A stretch of DNA of 64,000 nt, taken from the NCBI GenBank assembly GCA_031835245.2, contig JAVKOQ020000114.1, forward strand, positions 62,001-126,000, in the 5' to 3' direction. Shown piece by piece: positions 12,659 to 25,904 of this stretch (its first letter is position 1; each line of letters opens with the position of its first letter). The translations under genes were made by a program, and so were the position numbers. This DNA comes from Balamuthia mandrillaris. Taxonomy: Eukaryota. A model generated the notes under the pieces. It was not told the origin of the DNA. It searched no databases and was given only the letters and a program-made list of their open reading frames with translations.

Positions 12659-12990
12659 GCCGCTCAATGATAAAATATGATGAGATAATATTTTTCCAGC
12701 GCATATTTGCGCTCGTGCCACAAACTGAAGAGAGAGCCAGGCAAAGGACAAGTAAAAAACCACCTCGCGTGTTCTGCAGCTGACTACACAAGTGGCTACC
12801 AGGCGGATCGAGATGCCAACGCCGCCCGAAACATCTTGATCCGCTTTTTTACGTTGCAAGCACTTACCACCTCCTCCTCCTCCTCCTCTGTGAGGGGGCG
12901 GTAGGCGGTAAGGTTGCTTTGGTGCCGGCACCGTTGCTTATAGCGAGTCGTAAGACAAGCCGTGATTAGGCACGCCGGAGGTGGTGGGTT
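12659..12990 (+). mobile_element. Truncated, non-autonomous TnpB/Fanzor (IS200/605- or IS607-type) element remnant; boundaries approximate
   Basis: Frame 12707-12904 reads SCHKLKR...HLACSAADYTSGYQADRDANAARNILIRF: degenerate Zn-finger plus the RuvC-III DRDxNAAxNI motif. No RuvC-I/II upstream. A structured RNA follows. Confidence 0.75.
12862..12990 (+). ncRNA. Putative omegaRNA scaffold of the TnpB/Fanzor remnant
   Basis: 13-bp closing helix ACTTACCACCTCC/GGAGGTGGTGGGT encloses hairpins CCTCCTC-tgt-GAGGGGG, GGTGCCGGCACC, TTGCT-tat-AGCGA, GTC-GTAA-GAC and CGTG-attagg-CACG; overlaps the ORF 3' end as omegaRNAs do. Confidence 0.55.
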
Positions 12991-13128
12991 ATTTTTTGTG
13001 TCTGTTTTTTTGTTTTCCTTTTACTAATTTTGCTTTATTTTCGTTGTCCCATGGATCGGCTTGATCTTGGCGCCGCCTTAGCTGATTACACAAGAAGGAC
13101 ACGGAAAAAAAAAGCAAAAAAAAGAAAT

Positions 13129-13200
13129 CAGGCACGGTGGGGATCGAACCCACAATCTTCTGCTCCGTAGGCAGACGCCTTTCCATTTGGCCACGCGCCT
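13129..13200 (-). tRNA. tRNA-Arg(ACG), identical to the copy at 12476
   Basis: Exact reverse complement of 12476-12547, with its own oligo-T terminator. Confidence 0.97.
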
Positions 13201-13364
13201 TGGCTTGTTTTTATTCCTCCCAACTTTAAAACTGGGCTTGCTTGCGTCTTAAAATTTTTTCATTCCAAAGTGGCTGACAGAAAAAGACAGTTGGTTTTTC
13301 TTGGAATTGTCTTTCGTTTTCGCACACACACACACACGCACACAGTGCCAGTGGCCGCTACGAG

Positions 13365-13629
13365 ATGAGAGCAGAGGTTCCATCGGAGGGTCCAGTGGAC
13401 CTGCACAGCATCCCGCTGCCCTTCTACCTGGAGGACCATGGCTTTTGGTCCGTCGTGCCGCTGAAGAGTTTATGTGCGGTGTTTCTCACCTGCGTGACGC
13501 TCTCTTTTCTCTCGGACAAAGCCTGCTGCTTTCTGTTCGAGCCCTACAAGCACTTTAGCAGGCATGACCGAATACGCTGGAACTTGAGGTCCGTTTTCTT
13601 CTCCTTGTATCCCTCACTCTCACTCAGTG

Positions 13630-13671
<42 letters not shown>

Positions 13672-14169
13672 GTCCACTGTCTTCACTACACTTTCTTTTA
13701 TTTTGAGGATCGATCACTCACTTTGTGCTCATCTCACACCACTCTTCCACTACTTTCTTTTTTTTTTTGGTCCCATCCAATAGAGTCATTGCGCTGATCC
13801 ATGCCTCCATCGCCACTGTGGTAGGCTTTCGCATCTTCCACTTTGAGCTGCCCATTTTCAGGGACGTGATCGCGGGTTGGTCCGACTCGTGCTACATGAT
13901 GAGCCCATTGACCACGGGCTACATGATATTCGACCTCCTTGTGCTGTGCAGCAACTCCAAGCTGCTCAACGACAGCCCCAGCATTCTCCTCCACCACTTG
14001 TACATCATCTCCGGTGGCATTCTCTTTTGGGTCTATGCTCCTGTGGCTTGGGTTCGTTTCTTCTCTTCAGTGCTCTTCGCTTTTTCTCGCTTCTCGCCTG
14101 TCTTTGCTTCTTTTTCTTCCGTTCTTACATTCATTTTGTTTCATGTTCATTCTCTTTGTTCAACGTTAT

Positions 14170-14206
<37 letters not shown>

Positions 14207-14834
14207 CCTACTGTTTTTCTTTCACCCTTTCTTTTTTAAATGTTCGTTGTCTTCTTCTTTCTTTCCATTATCTTCTTACCAAACAATGCTTCGGCAATAG
14301 GGCTACTGCTGTTCCTTGATGGTTACCGAGCTAAGCACCATCTTCCTCCACTTCAACGCCTTCTTCCTTCTCTTAGACCAGTACAGTCTTCTCAACCATA
14401 AGAACAACAACAACAACAACAAAGAAATCTCCTGGCCACAACAAGCCCAACCCTTTCAATGGCGGAAAACCCGCGTCTACCAGCTCAACGGCATCCTTCT
14501 CCTCTTGGCCTTCACCCACCGCACCGTGATCAGCTTCTATTTCTCCTACTGGCTGTGGAGCGTGCAAGGGGACGTGCGGCGGGTGTCGGAGGGCTGGTAC
14601 CTCTTCTTGTTTTGCGGCTCCCTCCTGTTGGCCGGGCTGAACAGCTACTGGTATTCCCTGCTGTGCCGGGCGGTGCTGCAGCACTTTGCGCCCAAGCTCT
14701 TCTTGGGGAGGGCAACGTTGTTGAGGGAGGAAGCCAAAGCGAAGGAAGCTGGCGGAGAGGGAGAGCGAGAGGGCAAAGCAGCGGCGCAAGAAGAAATAGG
14801 GGACAACGACAACAACAATAAAAAACTGCTTTGA
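13365..14834 (+). CDS. TLC (TRAM/LAG1/CLN8) domain membrane protein, multi-exon
   Basis: RVIALIHA, GYMIFDL, ILLHH, ELSTIFLH, NGILLLLAF, LNSYWY. Confidence 0.9.
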
Positions 14835-15062
14835 AGAATAGAAAAAAAAAAGAATGTGAGAAAAATTTTAAAGTCGTTTTCTGGTGAAATGAATTCACCT
14901 TAAAATGGGCCAATTGAAAATCAAAAAATTGTGTAGCACTCGAAATTTCGTTACAATTGCCCAACCGAAAATCTTACGTTGAAGTACCTTAAACGGAACA
15001 CCTTAACAAAATAAATGAGACAACGAAGAAAGAAAGAAAGAAAAACAAAAACAAAAATAAAA

Positions 15063-15361
15063 ATGAGAGGGTCACTCACGCTTCTGGCTTTGTTGATCCT
15101 GGTTCAGGTGCTCGCTTCCTCGGTCTTTGTTGTTGGAGGTGAGGTTGCTGGACGGAAGGTGTCCTCCTTCTCTTCCTCCTCGCGCCGCATCTACGTGCAT
15201 TACGACCCCCAGCTCCAGCGTTTCACTGCCTCTTCATCGCTCTCTTCGGCCCGCTCCGATGGCGGAGAAAGGGGTCTGTTGGCCGCCTTTGGAGACCTCA
15301 CCAACGCCCTCAACCTCACCGGCTGGGATTGGATGCACATTTACTCCAATCCGGTTTGTTG

Positions 15362-15402
<41 letters not shown>

Positions 15403-15738
15403 TCCTAATCTCTCATTTTCACTCCTTTTTGGTGGATTGCTCTCTCGTATAGACTGTGGATCAAGAAACACAAATGTATGGAGCGGGGTTCTCAGAGGGT
15501 GCTCTTACTTCTGAGAAGATTGCCACTTGGTAATGCTCTTCTTTTTTATTGTTGAGAGAGAGAGAGAGTGAGAAGAAAACAGAAAGGAAGACTCACTTTT
15601 GTTACAAAAAAAAAAAGGTATCACAACGTGCATGTAAACCTGTTCAACAACAAAACACTGCCCAAAAGTTTGTACCAGTACTTGACCACCCAAATGAACT
15701 GGGCTCGTTCCACCGCGTAACGCCTCCCTCCTTCTTTG

Positions 15739-15769
<31 letters not shown>

Positions 15770-15826
15770 TCTCTCTTCTCTCTCTCTCTGTCTCTCTCTC
15801 TCTGTCTCTCTCTCTCTGTCTCTCTC

Positions 15827-15857
<31 letters not shown>

Positions 15858-16298
15858 GTCTCTCTGTCTCTGTCTCTGTCTCTCTGTCTCTGTCTCTGTC
15901 TCTGTCTCTGTCTCTGTCTCTGTCTCTGTCTCTGTCTCTGTCTCTGTCTCTGTCTCTGTCTCTGTCTCTCTGTCTCTGTCTCTCTGTCTCTGTCTCTGTC
16001 TCTGTCTCTGTCTCTCTGTCTCTGTCTCTGTCTCTCTGTCTCTGTCTCTGTCTCTGTCTCAGTCTCTGTCTCTGTCTCTGTCTCTGTCTCTGTCTCTGTC
16101 TCTGTCTCTGTCTCTGTCTCTGTCTCTGTCTCTGTCTCTGTCTCTGTCTCTGTCTCTGTCTCTGTCTCTGTCTCTGTCTCTCTGTCTCTGTCTCTGTCTC
16201 TGTCTCTCTCTCTGTCTCTGTCTCTGTCTCTGTCTCTCTCTCTGTCTCTGTCTCTGTCTCTGTCTCTGTCTCTGTCTCTGTCTCTGTCTCTGTCTCTG

Positions 16299-16329
<31 letters not shown>

Positions 16330-16330
16330 T

Positions 16331-16364
<34 letters not shown>

Positions 16365-17998
16365 ATCTCTCTTCTTATTGCAACGAATTGACATCCCTTT
16401 TCTCACAAATGATAAAGAGAGCAAAAGAAGGACAGCTCTGCCTATTGGCAAACCGTATGGTCTGTATTCCGCCAAATGGATGGCTTGCTCGATGGCTACA
16501 CTCAATTCAAGCCATCCAACGGTCCTGACCTTGATATACTCGTTCGTCGACTCTCTCTTCGTTCTTCCTCTTAGTTGCCTTATTTTAACTTGTCTCCCTC
16601 TGGTTCTAGGACTTTTACGTGTTGAATGCGGGTGGCGATTTAGAAGACCTCGTGAAGCTCTTCAACGACAGCAGCTCCTCCTCTTCATTCTCCTCCCCAC
16701 TCACCGACAACGCTTATAACAAGAACAAACGCCCTTCTCTCGTCAAACAAGACAATGAACCTCCTCTCGATTTTCTGGATTGCAGCGCTATCATTCGTCT
16801 CCTTCCAAACAACGCAGAGCTCTTTGCCGGTCACACCACCTGGTCCGACTATTACAGCATGAACCGCATTTTCAAGCATTACCACTTTGGCGATACGTCC
16901 GCTTTTGCTTCTCTTTATTCTGAAGAGGACATCATGAGCAACAAGAAGATTGAGAGTCGTTCATCATCTCAACTCGCTCTCCCCTCGATATCCTTTTCGG
17001 CAAGACCAGGAATGCTGACCAGCAAGGATGACTTTTACGTCTTGAGCTCTGGATTGACGGTGCTGGAGACGACGAACGGCATTTATAATGACTCGTTATA
17101 CGAAGCTGTCAAACCAGAGGGCTCTGTTTTGTGCTGGATGAGAGTCATGGTCGCCAACTTGTTGGCTAGGTTCGTTTTGTTTCTTTATTCCGTTTCTTCC
17201 CTTTTCGTTGCTTTGTCCTTTTTTTCTCTAACGTAGAAACACACCAGAAATGGAACAGAATGGACGGACATCTTCGCGCTCCACAACTCTGGCACCTACA
17301 ACAACCAATGGATGATCGTCGACTACAATCTCTTTGCTAAAGTACAACAGCAACAGTCTTCTCTTCCTCCCAACACTCTTCGCATCCTAGAACAAATCCC
17401 AGGCAAGACCGTCAGCTCGGACGTGACCGACGTGCTCGTTCGTCAGGGCTACTGGCCCTCCTACAACGTCCCTTACACTCCTTACATCTACAACATCTCT
17501 GGCTGGCCTCAAATGAAGGCCAAGTATGGAGACTCCTACTCCTACGAGCGTTGCCCTCGTGCCAACATCTTTCGTCGCAACGTCACTCAGCTTCCCAACG
17601 AGGCCTCTTGGAATGGGCTGAAAGCCGTGGGAGAGCTGTTGCAGTACAACAACTGGCAGGAGGATCCGCTCTCCTTGAAGCGTCCCAACCTGGCCATCTC
17701 CTCTCGTTACGACCTGTTGCAGGACAGACCACCCATTGCCTTTGGTGGCATCGACTCCAAGCTCATCTCTTTTGCTGGCATGAAGGGTGGAAGTGGTGTC
17801 GCTAAAGATGGAGAGAAAAGGAAGCAGGAGGAAGGAGGAGCTCGTTCCTTCCCACAGAGCAAACGGATCTTGGCCATTTCTGGCCCAACGCATCAACAAC
17901 AGAAGCCGTTCACTTGGGACGATCCTCGCTTCTCATCCGTGGCGCACGAAGGACAGCCCACCGTGTGGAACTTTGACTGGGTGACCATGGTTTCTTAA
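15063..17998 (+). CDS. Phospholipase B-like (PLBD) lysosomal Ntn-hydrolase, multi-exon
   Basis: Signal peptide; CSAIIRL...GHTTWSDY..MNRIFKHY, SKDDFY, ETTN, NSGTYNNQWMIVDY, YWPSYNVPY, AISSRYDL, AISGPT. Confidence 0.95.
15737..16360. repeat. (TCTCTG)n/(TC)n microsatellite, ~620 bp, intronic
   Basis: Directly visible. Confidence 0.95.
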
Positions 17999-18121
17999 GT
18001 TATTTCTCTCTCTTTTTAACACCATGGTACCTTTCACTGTTATTGTAACAACAACGTTATTAATAAACGAATGAACAACAAAAACAAAAAACAAAAAAGG
18101 CCAAGCATTACAGCAACAGCG

Positions 18122-18296
18122 ATGAGTGTGGCTTGGAAGGATTTACCTCAAGCAGCTGCTTGTTTGTTGTTGTGGTGCCACTTGAAGACTATTAGTCCTT
18201 CCTGCTTGCTATCCACCCTTCCCTAACGTTTCTTACCCCAGGTGAGGGTGTTCGGCTATCTTGACGTACCGACCTTGGCGGCATGCTTTAGGTCAA
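18122..18296 (+). pseudogene. 5' fragment of a disrupted paralog of the F-box gene at 20203
   Basis: VAWKDLPQ..|VRVFGYLDVPTLAAC versus MAWSEFPQELL|VRVFASLDVPTLAEC; shared upstream AAGCATTACAGC; frameshifted and truncated. Confidence 0.75.
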
Positions 18297-18877
18297 TTGT
18301 TCGGAGAAAAGTTCCTTGTGGAGGTGGGCAAGGCCAAGGCCTATATGGCCGTGGTGGGCTCGCTCGTCTTCTCTGCTTCGTGCCGGCTCATCGCCGTGCC
18401 CCTGTGGATATTCGGGGGCATGTTCGCCAGCGGCCACGGCGCCGGGTCGTGTCACGGTGCGGTGACGCCGCCCTGGGAGGGCGAGAAGGCACGCACCGGC
18501 CAGCTGAAGAAGGTGCCCTGCAAGTACCGCGTGGTCGGCGCCGAGGTGCCGGTGGTGCAGGACGCCGACCCCGCCTGGGTCTCCCTGGACGACGGCAGGG
18601 CGAGGAAGATGCGCCTGGCGGGCGCGGGCCGATGGATTCTTCCCGGTGCTGCTCTCGGGCCTCATGGTCTACCTGGTGCGCAAGAACCGCAGCCACGCGG
18701 CCGCCAACACCCTCGCGGGCACGGCCCTCATAGGCGTGCGGGCCTAGAAAACCCAAAGAGCTCGGACGAAATCGGTCCCAAAGCACAACGGCACCGTGTT
18801 TCGCAAACGTATAAATAGGGAAGAGCCCAGAAAGGAGGAGCGTCACTCGTTGCCACATTCCGAACAAAAACGGTAAA

Positions 18878-19813
18878 ATGGAAGAACAACGTCCCCCCAA
18901 GAGAGCCCGAAGCAAGCGGCCACCCTCCCAGGCTTCTGCGACGTCACCAGCATCCTCGTCCACTTCTTCCTCCTCATCTTCTTCTTCCTCTTCATCCTCG
19001 TCATCGGCGTCATCTTCCTCTCACACTCCTTCGTTCTTTTCCTCCTCATCTTACTTCTCGTCTTCCGCTTCCTCGTCACCACGTGCCCCGTACACACATA
19101 CAGTAGTGACGACTGATGACTACCACAGAGCCTTCGACTCCGCCATGACGTGGCTCCTGTGTTCCGCATGCGGTTGGGTCAGAGACGACGGTTTGGGAGA
19201 CCATGCCGAAAGCACACCTGCGCAACAGAGCCGATGGGGCGTTGAGAGCCGGGTAGTCGTACGATACGATGGCAGCGGCAAGCGGGTACTCTACGACTCG
19301 CCTGGCATCGATGCTCCGTTGCGGGTGGCCGCGTGGTTCGTTCGCCAAGCATACCATGCGGCGGTAAGACACGCGCGCGAGCATCCATCCCACAAAGTTT
19401 CATTGGAGCTCACCCTCCGTGAAGCGCTCCCCGTAAGACAACACGGGCGCACGGATCCGCGAAACGTCTCCTCTCTCATTTTAAAAAAAATAATTCTCTA
19501 TTTTTTTTGTTCATGAAAACGAGAAAAGGATGTCCAAGGCGTGCTGCTGGGAGATACGGAGTCTCGAGTGCGTATGCGCGGACGTCGCCGCCAGCCAGAC
19601 GGCACGCCAGGTGGCCTCTTCCCGCGAAAGCGCGCGGCCTTTCGGTGGAACCTGGGCCTGTCCCCCTCGAGGATTCAGTTAACAAGGCCTCCCCGTTTAT
19701 CGAAGAGAAAAGGGAAGGAAAGGGTCCAGTTCATGGTAGACAACGCTGCAGCTTCTTTGTCGACTCCACCTCTGCCCTTTGTCTTTGTTGTTTTCCTCGA
19801 TACATGGCTCTAG
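18878..19813 (+). CDS. Hypothetical chimeric protein: insert-derived N-part joined in frame to an F-box paralog C-terminal remnant
   Basis: TATAAATA at ~18810; ATG at 18878; in-frame GT-AG intron 19466-19528; contains CSAC; ends in VQFMVDN...PPLPFVFV. Confidence 0.45.
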
Positions 19814-20202
19814 CAGCCTGGAACAGGCTGTCAGTCATGCATGAGAACGCAGCGTAAAGAGAAGACCACCAACAACAAAAACAAAAAAGAAAGAAAAAGA
19901 AAAGGTGTTTTACAACGTTCTCTCTTGCTTTCCTCGCCTCTTCGCGAATAAACTTTTCGGTTGCACCCCAAAAGCATTGAACATTGCATCTGTTTTTCCA
20001 ATACAGTTTTTTTTTTAAAAAAAATACAATAAAAACACTCACCACCGTGTTCCACGTTTTGAACCTCCTCTCTCTCTCTTTCCTGGATGGCCAAACTTGT
20101 TCTCTTATTCCCACCTGTGATCTTCACTTCGTGTGGTATCCGCATTTCGATAATTACAAAGAAAGAAAGGGAAACCAGAAAAGCATTACAGCTCCGTGGA
20201 GT

Positions 20203-21258
20203 ATGGCTTGGAGCGAGTTTCCTCAAGAGCTGCTGGTATGCTAGCTCATGCAATGGTTCTTCCTGCTCTCTAACTTTCCCCCCAAGGTGAGGGTGTTCGC
20301 CTCTCTTGACGTGCCGACCCTGGCTGAATGCGTTGCTGTCAACAAGGAGTGGCACGCTGCAGCCGAAGACGACATGGTTTGGCAACTCCTCTTCCGCAAA
20401 AAGTTTGGCGACAGATCTTACGAAAACGAACAGCAGCAGCTGCCTTCCTCTTCCTCAAAGCCGTGGAAACAAAGGTTCAAGGAATGCTTGCAGCTCAAGT
20501 TTTGCTTTCACCCGCTCTGCGCCACCAAGTACTCCTCGTTGAGCTCCGACTTCCTCTCCGTCAAGAAAGTGAATGGGCCGTACTGTACCAAAGCCGTTCT
20601 CTCCAGCGAGCCACTTCTTCGTCAGTCCGGCTTCACGCCCCAACCACAGGAGACGGACACCGATACAATGACACCTGGATTGAAAGCTTGGAATGATACT
20701 CAGGAGAGCCAGCTCATCTTCACGGAGTGGTCGGGAAAATTAGTGGAGCTGCAGCTCCGTGCCTCCAAGGCGTGGGATGTGGGCTTGTTCCATGTCTCCC
20801 CGGAGAAGCCTCTTTCATTTTATCCCCTCACCTCCCTCAGGTCTTCTCCTCACTTTGTGAAGGACCTGAAGTCCACGTACAATTCAGCCGTCATTTTGAG
20901 CGTTGCTGACTTCCACGTTTACCGTTACGTTTGGAAGGAGAATGCTTCTTCTGGTGTGGGAGAAGCAGACACAAACGGAAACGAAGAAGTGGACATGCAC
21001 TCAGCAAGGCTTTCCCTTGCATCTCGTCGTGACTTGGACTACTCCATCTCGGTGAGAATCGAGGGAAGGAAAAAGGGGATGGCATGGGTCAGCTTCAAGG
21101 TGGACAATGATTCAACATTACCTTTCCCTGCTCCTCCTCCTCCTTTTGCCTTGGTGTTTGGCACTTTGCATGCTGAGGGCCAAATCCAACTCAGTCAACA
21201 GCTCATCACGTATGGAGAAACGGCCGAGATCCCTTGGTGCCTGCTGAGCAATGAGTAG
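20203..21258 (+). CDS. F-box protein, 2 exons
   Basis: WSEFPQELL|VRVFASLDVPTLAECVAVNKEWHAAAEDDMVWQ; PWKQRFK. Confidence 0.9.
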
Positions 21259-21299
21259 AAACCACAAAGAAACGCTGTCTTTCCACATAACAATTACCA

Positions 21300-21520
21300 T
21301 TACCACTCTCATGTCTGCTCTCCTGGTTTCTCACCCCTGTCCGGTTCACACAACAAAAACCGGCACTTTTCATCACTGGTGGTGGTAGTACTACGATAAC
21401 AGCGTGGGTCTTGCCATCCGCAAGTGACAGCTGAGGAAGAAGAAGAACAAGAAGAGTGCTTGCGAGTAGAGGCGCAAGAGAGGCCAGTCATGTTCACAGA
21501 GTGGCTGGCAAACTTGCTTA
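21300..21520 (+). pseudogene. Probable third, degenerate fragment of the same F-box family
   Basis: AQERPVMFTEWLANL resembles TQESQLIFTEWSGKL; in-frame stop upstream. Confidence 0.35.
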
Positions 21521-21927
21521 ACACCAGTAATGCGGGCTTCTTTGTCTGAAGGAAGTGGCGGGCATTCCCGTTGAAAGACAGTTTCTTGCTATGCCGTGTG
21601 GCAGGTTGGGATCACCCATCCCGAGGATTGATACAAGGAAGGAGAGGGAGGGGAACGGTAACGATTGGAGTGGGCAAGCACAACTGCTCTCCCCGTTCCT
21701 CTGATGGAGCGGCGAAATAAAAACTTGCCGGCAGTCTGTCAGCTGTGCGCAAGCAGGAAGCGGAACAGGAAGCGGATGAATGCAGTGTTGAACCGAAACA
21801 GAGGAACGAAGGAATGACGTACGGTGAAGAAGGCAGGTGCGCGAGGAAATGTTCATCCCTTTTTCTCCTTTTCTCCTATTCTCCTGATCGCTGCGGATTC
21901 TTCCGATCCGGGTTGCTTTGCAGGATT

Positions 21928-21972
<45 letters not shown>

Positions 21973-22330
21973 CACCTGAAGAACGAACCCCTCCCACGGA
22001 GACTCCACAGTGGTAACGGGCAACACCAAAATGGGGAGGAGATAATTCGTGTCGTCATGAAAAGCTAACCACCCCTCAAGCAGGTCGACAAAAATATCCA
22101 CAATAAAAAAAAATTGAAGAAAAGAAAAAAAAGAAAAGAAGAACGAAAGAAAAGGGCTCTTCTGCAGCTGATTCATCCAAAAGGGGGTTTGGGGTCCAGC
22201 CTCACACAAAAGAAAAGTTGAGATCGATCAAGAGAAGAAGGCTCACCACACACTCGAGTGTTCATTTTTTTTTTCCTTGCACTCTGCAAAAAAGCAAAAA
22301 AACAACAAAAGCGAAAGCGCGCGTACGGTG

Positions 22331-24515
<2,185 letters not shown>

Positions 24516-24649
24516 CAGGATGAAGCAGAAGCAAACAGAAACAGAAACCGAAACCGAAACCGAACAAAACCAAAACAGTAAACATTGTTTTAAAACTTTT
24601 TCATTCTTTCTCTTTTATACTTTAAAAAAAAAGAAAGGAAGAAAGAAGG

Positions 24650-25283
24650 ATGGAAGAACCACAGAAGGACCTCCAACAACGCTCAGCTCTTCGTTTTGGA
24701 GGAAAGAAGGGGAAGAAAGGCAACAAAGTCCATTTCGGTGGCGAAGCAGCCGAAGAAGCAGGAGGAGATAAGGAGGAAGGGAACGCCGCCCGCCCAAGAG
24801 AAGAACGACCGCAGGAGACGGTGGTGGACCTCAACCGCCGACAGGAGCTCTGCCTCCGGTTTGGCCTCGTGAAAGAGAAGCACACCTACGCCACCACCTT
24901 CCACGTTCTGAAGAAGGAGGAGGAGACAGAGGAGAAAGTGAGAGAGGAGGAAGAAACAGAGCTGCGGCCTTATGTGGACCCTTTGGTGACAGCTTTGACC
25001 GTGCAGCGGCTGCCTGAGCCGGAGAAGAAGGCCGCGGAGGGCACCCCCAGAGGGAGAGAAGCGGTTTCCTTCAGGGTCTTCATCCTGCCGCAACGCCACG
25101 GACCGTTTGAGGAACACTTTCAGATCCGACAACGACGAGGAGAAGAGGAAGTTGTGTTGGGGGTGACGGTGACGGCCAAAGTGTTTAGGAGGGACGAGGG
25201 AACGCCCTTGTTGAAGAGACACGTGGCGTGCGTGGCCAGAGCAGAGCACGAAGAAGACAGCGATGCCTCCGATGTTCCATCCT

Positions 25284-25285
<2 letters not shown>
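24650..25285 (+). CDS. UPF0687 / C20orf27 (ADISSP)-like protein
   Basis: KVHF, FGLVKEKHTYATTF, TAKVFRRDEGTPLLKRHVACV..EEDSDASD resembles the C20orf27 C-terminus as recalled. Confidence 0.7.
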
Positions 25286-25315
<30 letters not shown>

Positions 25316-25549
25316 TCCAACAAATAAAACAGTTCGTCTCTCCCCTATAACAACTCGGCAAGAGAGGAGAGAACGTGCTTTGCGTATGTAACACAAGAAG
25401 ACAGAGACATAGAAGGCAAGGACGTACTCCTCCACCCCTTTCACGCTCTCAGTTTATCTTTTGTCTTCTCTCTTCCTGCTGCCTACCACCGTCATATGAA
25501 GAAGACAAGCAGAGGAAGAAAGAATAGAAAAAGAGATGAACAGTTCAGG

Positions 25550-25676
25550 AGAAGAAGAACAAGCTGATGAACAAGAGGAAGAACGAATAAGATCTAGAAC
25601 TAAGAAGAAGAAGAAGAAAGAAGAAGAAGAAGAAGAAGAACAAGAACAGGAAGAAGAAGAAGAACAAGAAGAAAAG
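25550..25676. repeat. (AAG/AAC)n microsatellite, intergenic
   Basis: Directly visible. Confidence 0.85.
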
Positions 25677-25904
25677 GATTGTCTTTAAAATTATTAAAGA
25701 TTTATACCAAAAAAAGATGAAAAATTCGAAAACTTTCGGACAATGCACAATTATTCCACATATAACTGAAAATATTTAATAATTGTTCAAAATTATCGGG
25801 AAAGGTGCACGATGGCTGCACCCTTGCTGCACGATCGGTTGTCCGGTGGGCAGAAAGCCCATAAAACGGCAGACAGAAAAAAAACAAAAGAACAACGAAA
25901 AGGC

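Noticed and set aside
12548..12860. Pol III read-through from tRNA-Arg as the promoter of the omegaRNA-like element
   Set aside because: A T10 terminator directly follows the tRNA and further T5-T6 runs lie in between, so simple read-through is unlikely.
12707..12904. Functional TnpB/Fanzor CDS
   Set aside because: No ATG, only ~65 codons, RuvC-I/II absent and Zn-finger cysteines incomplete.
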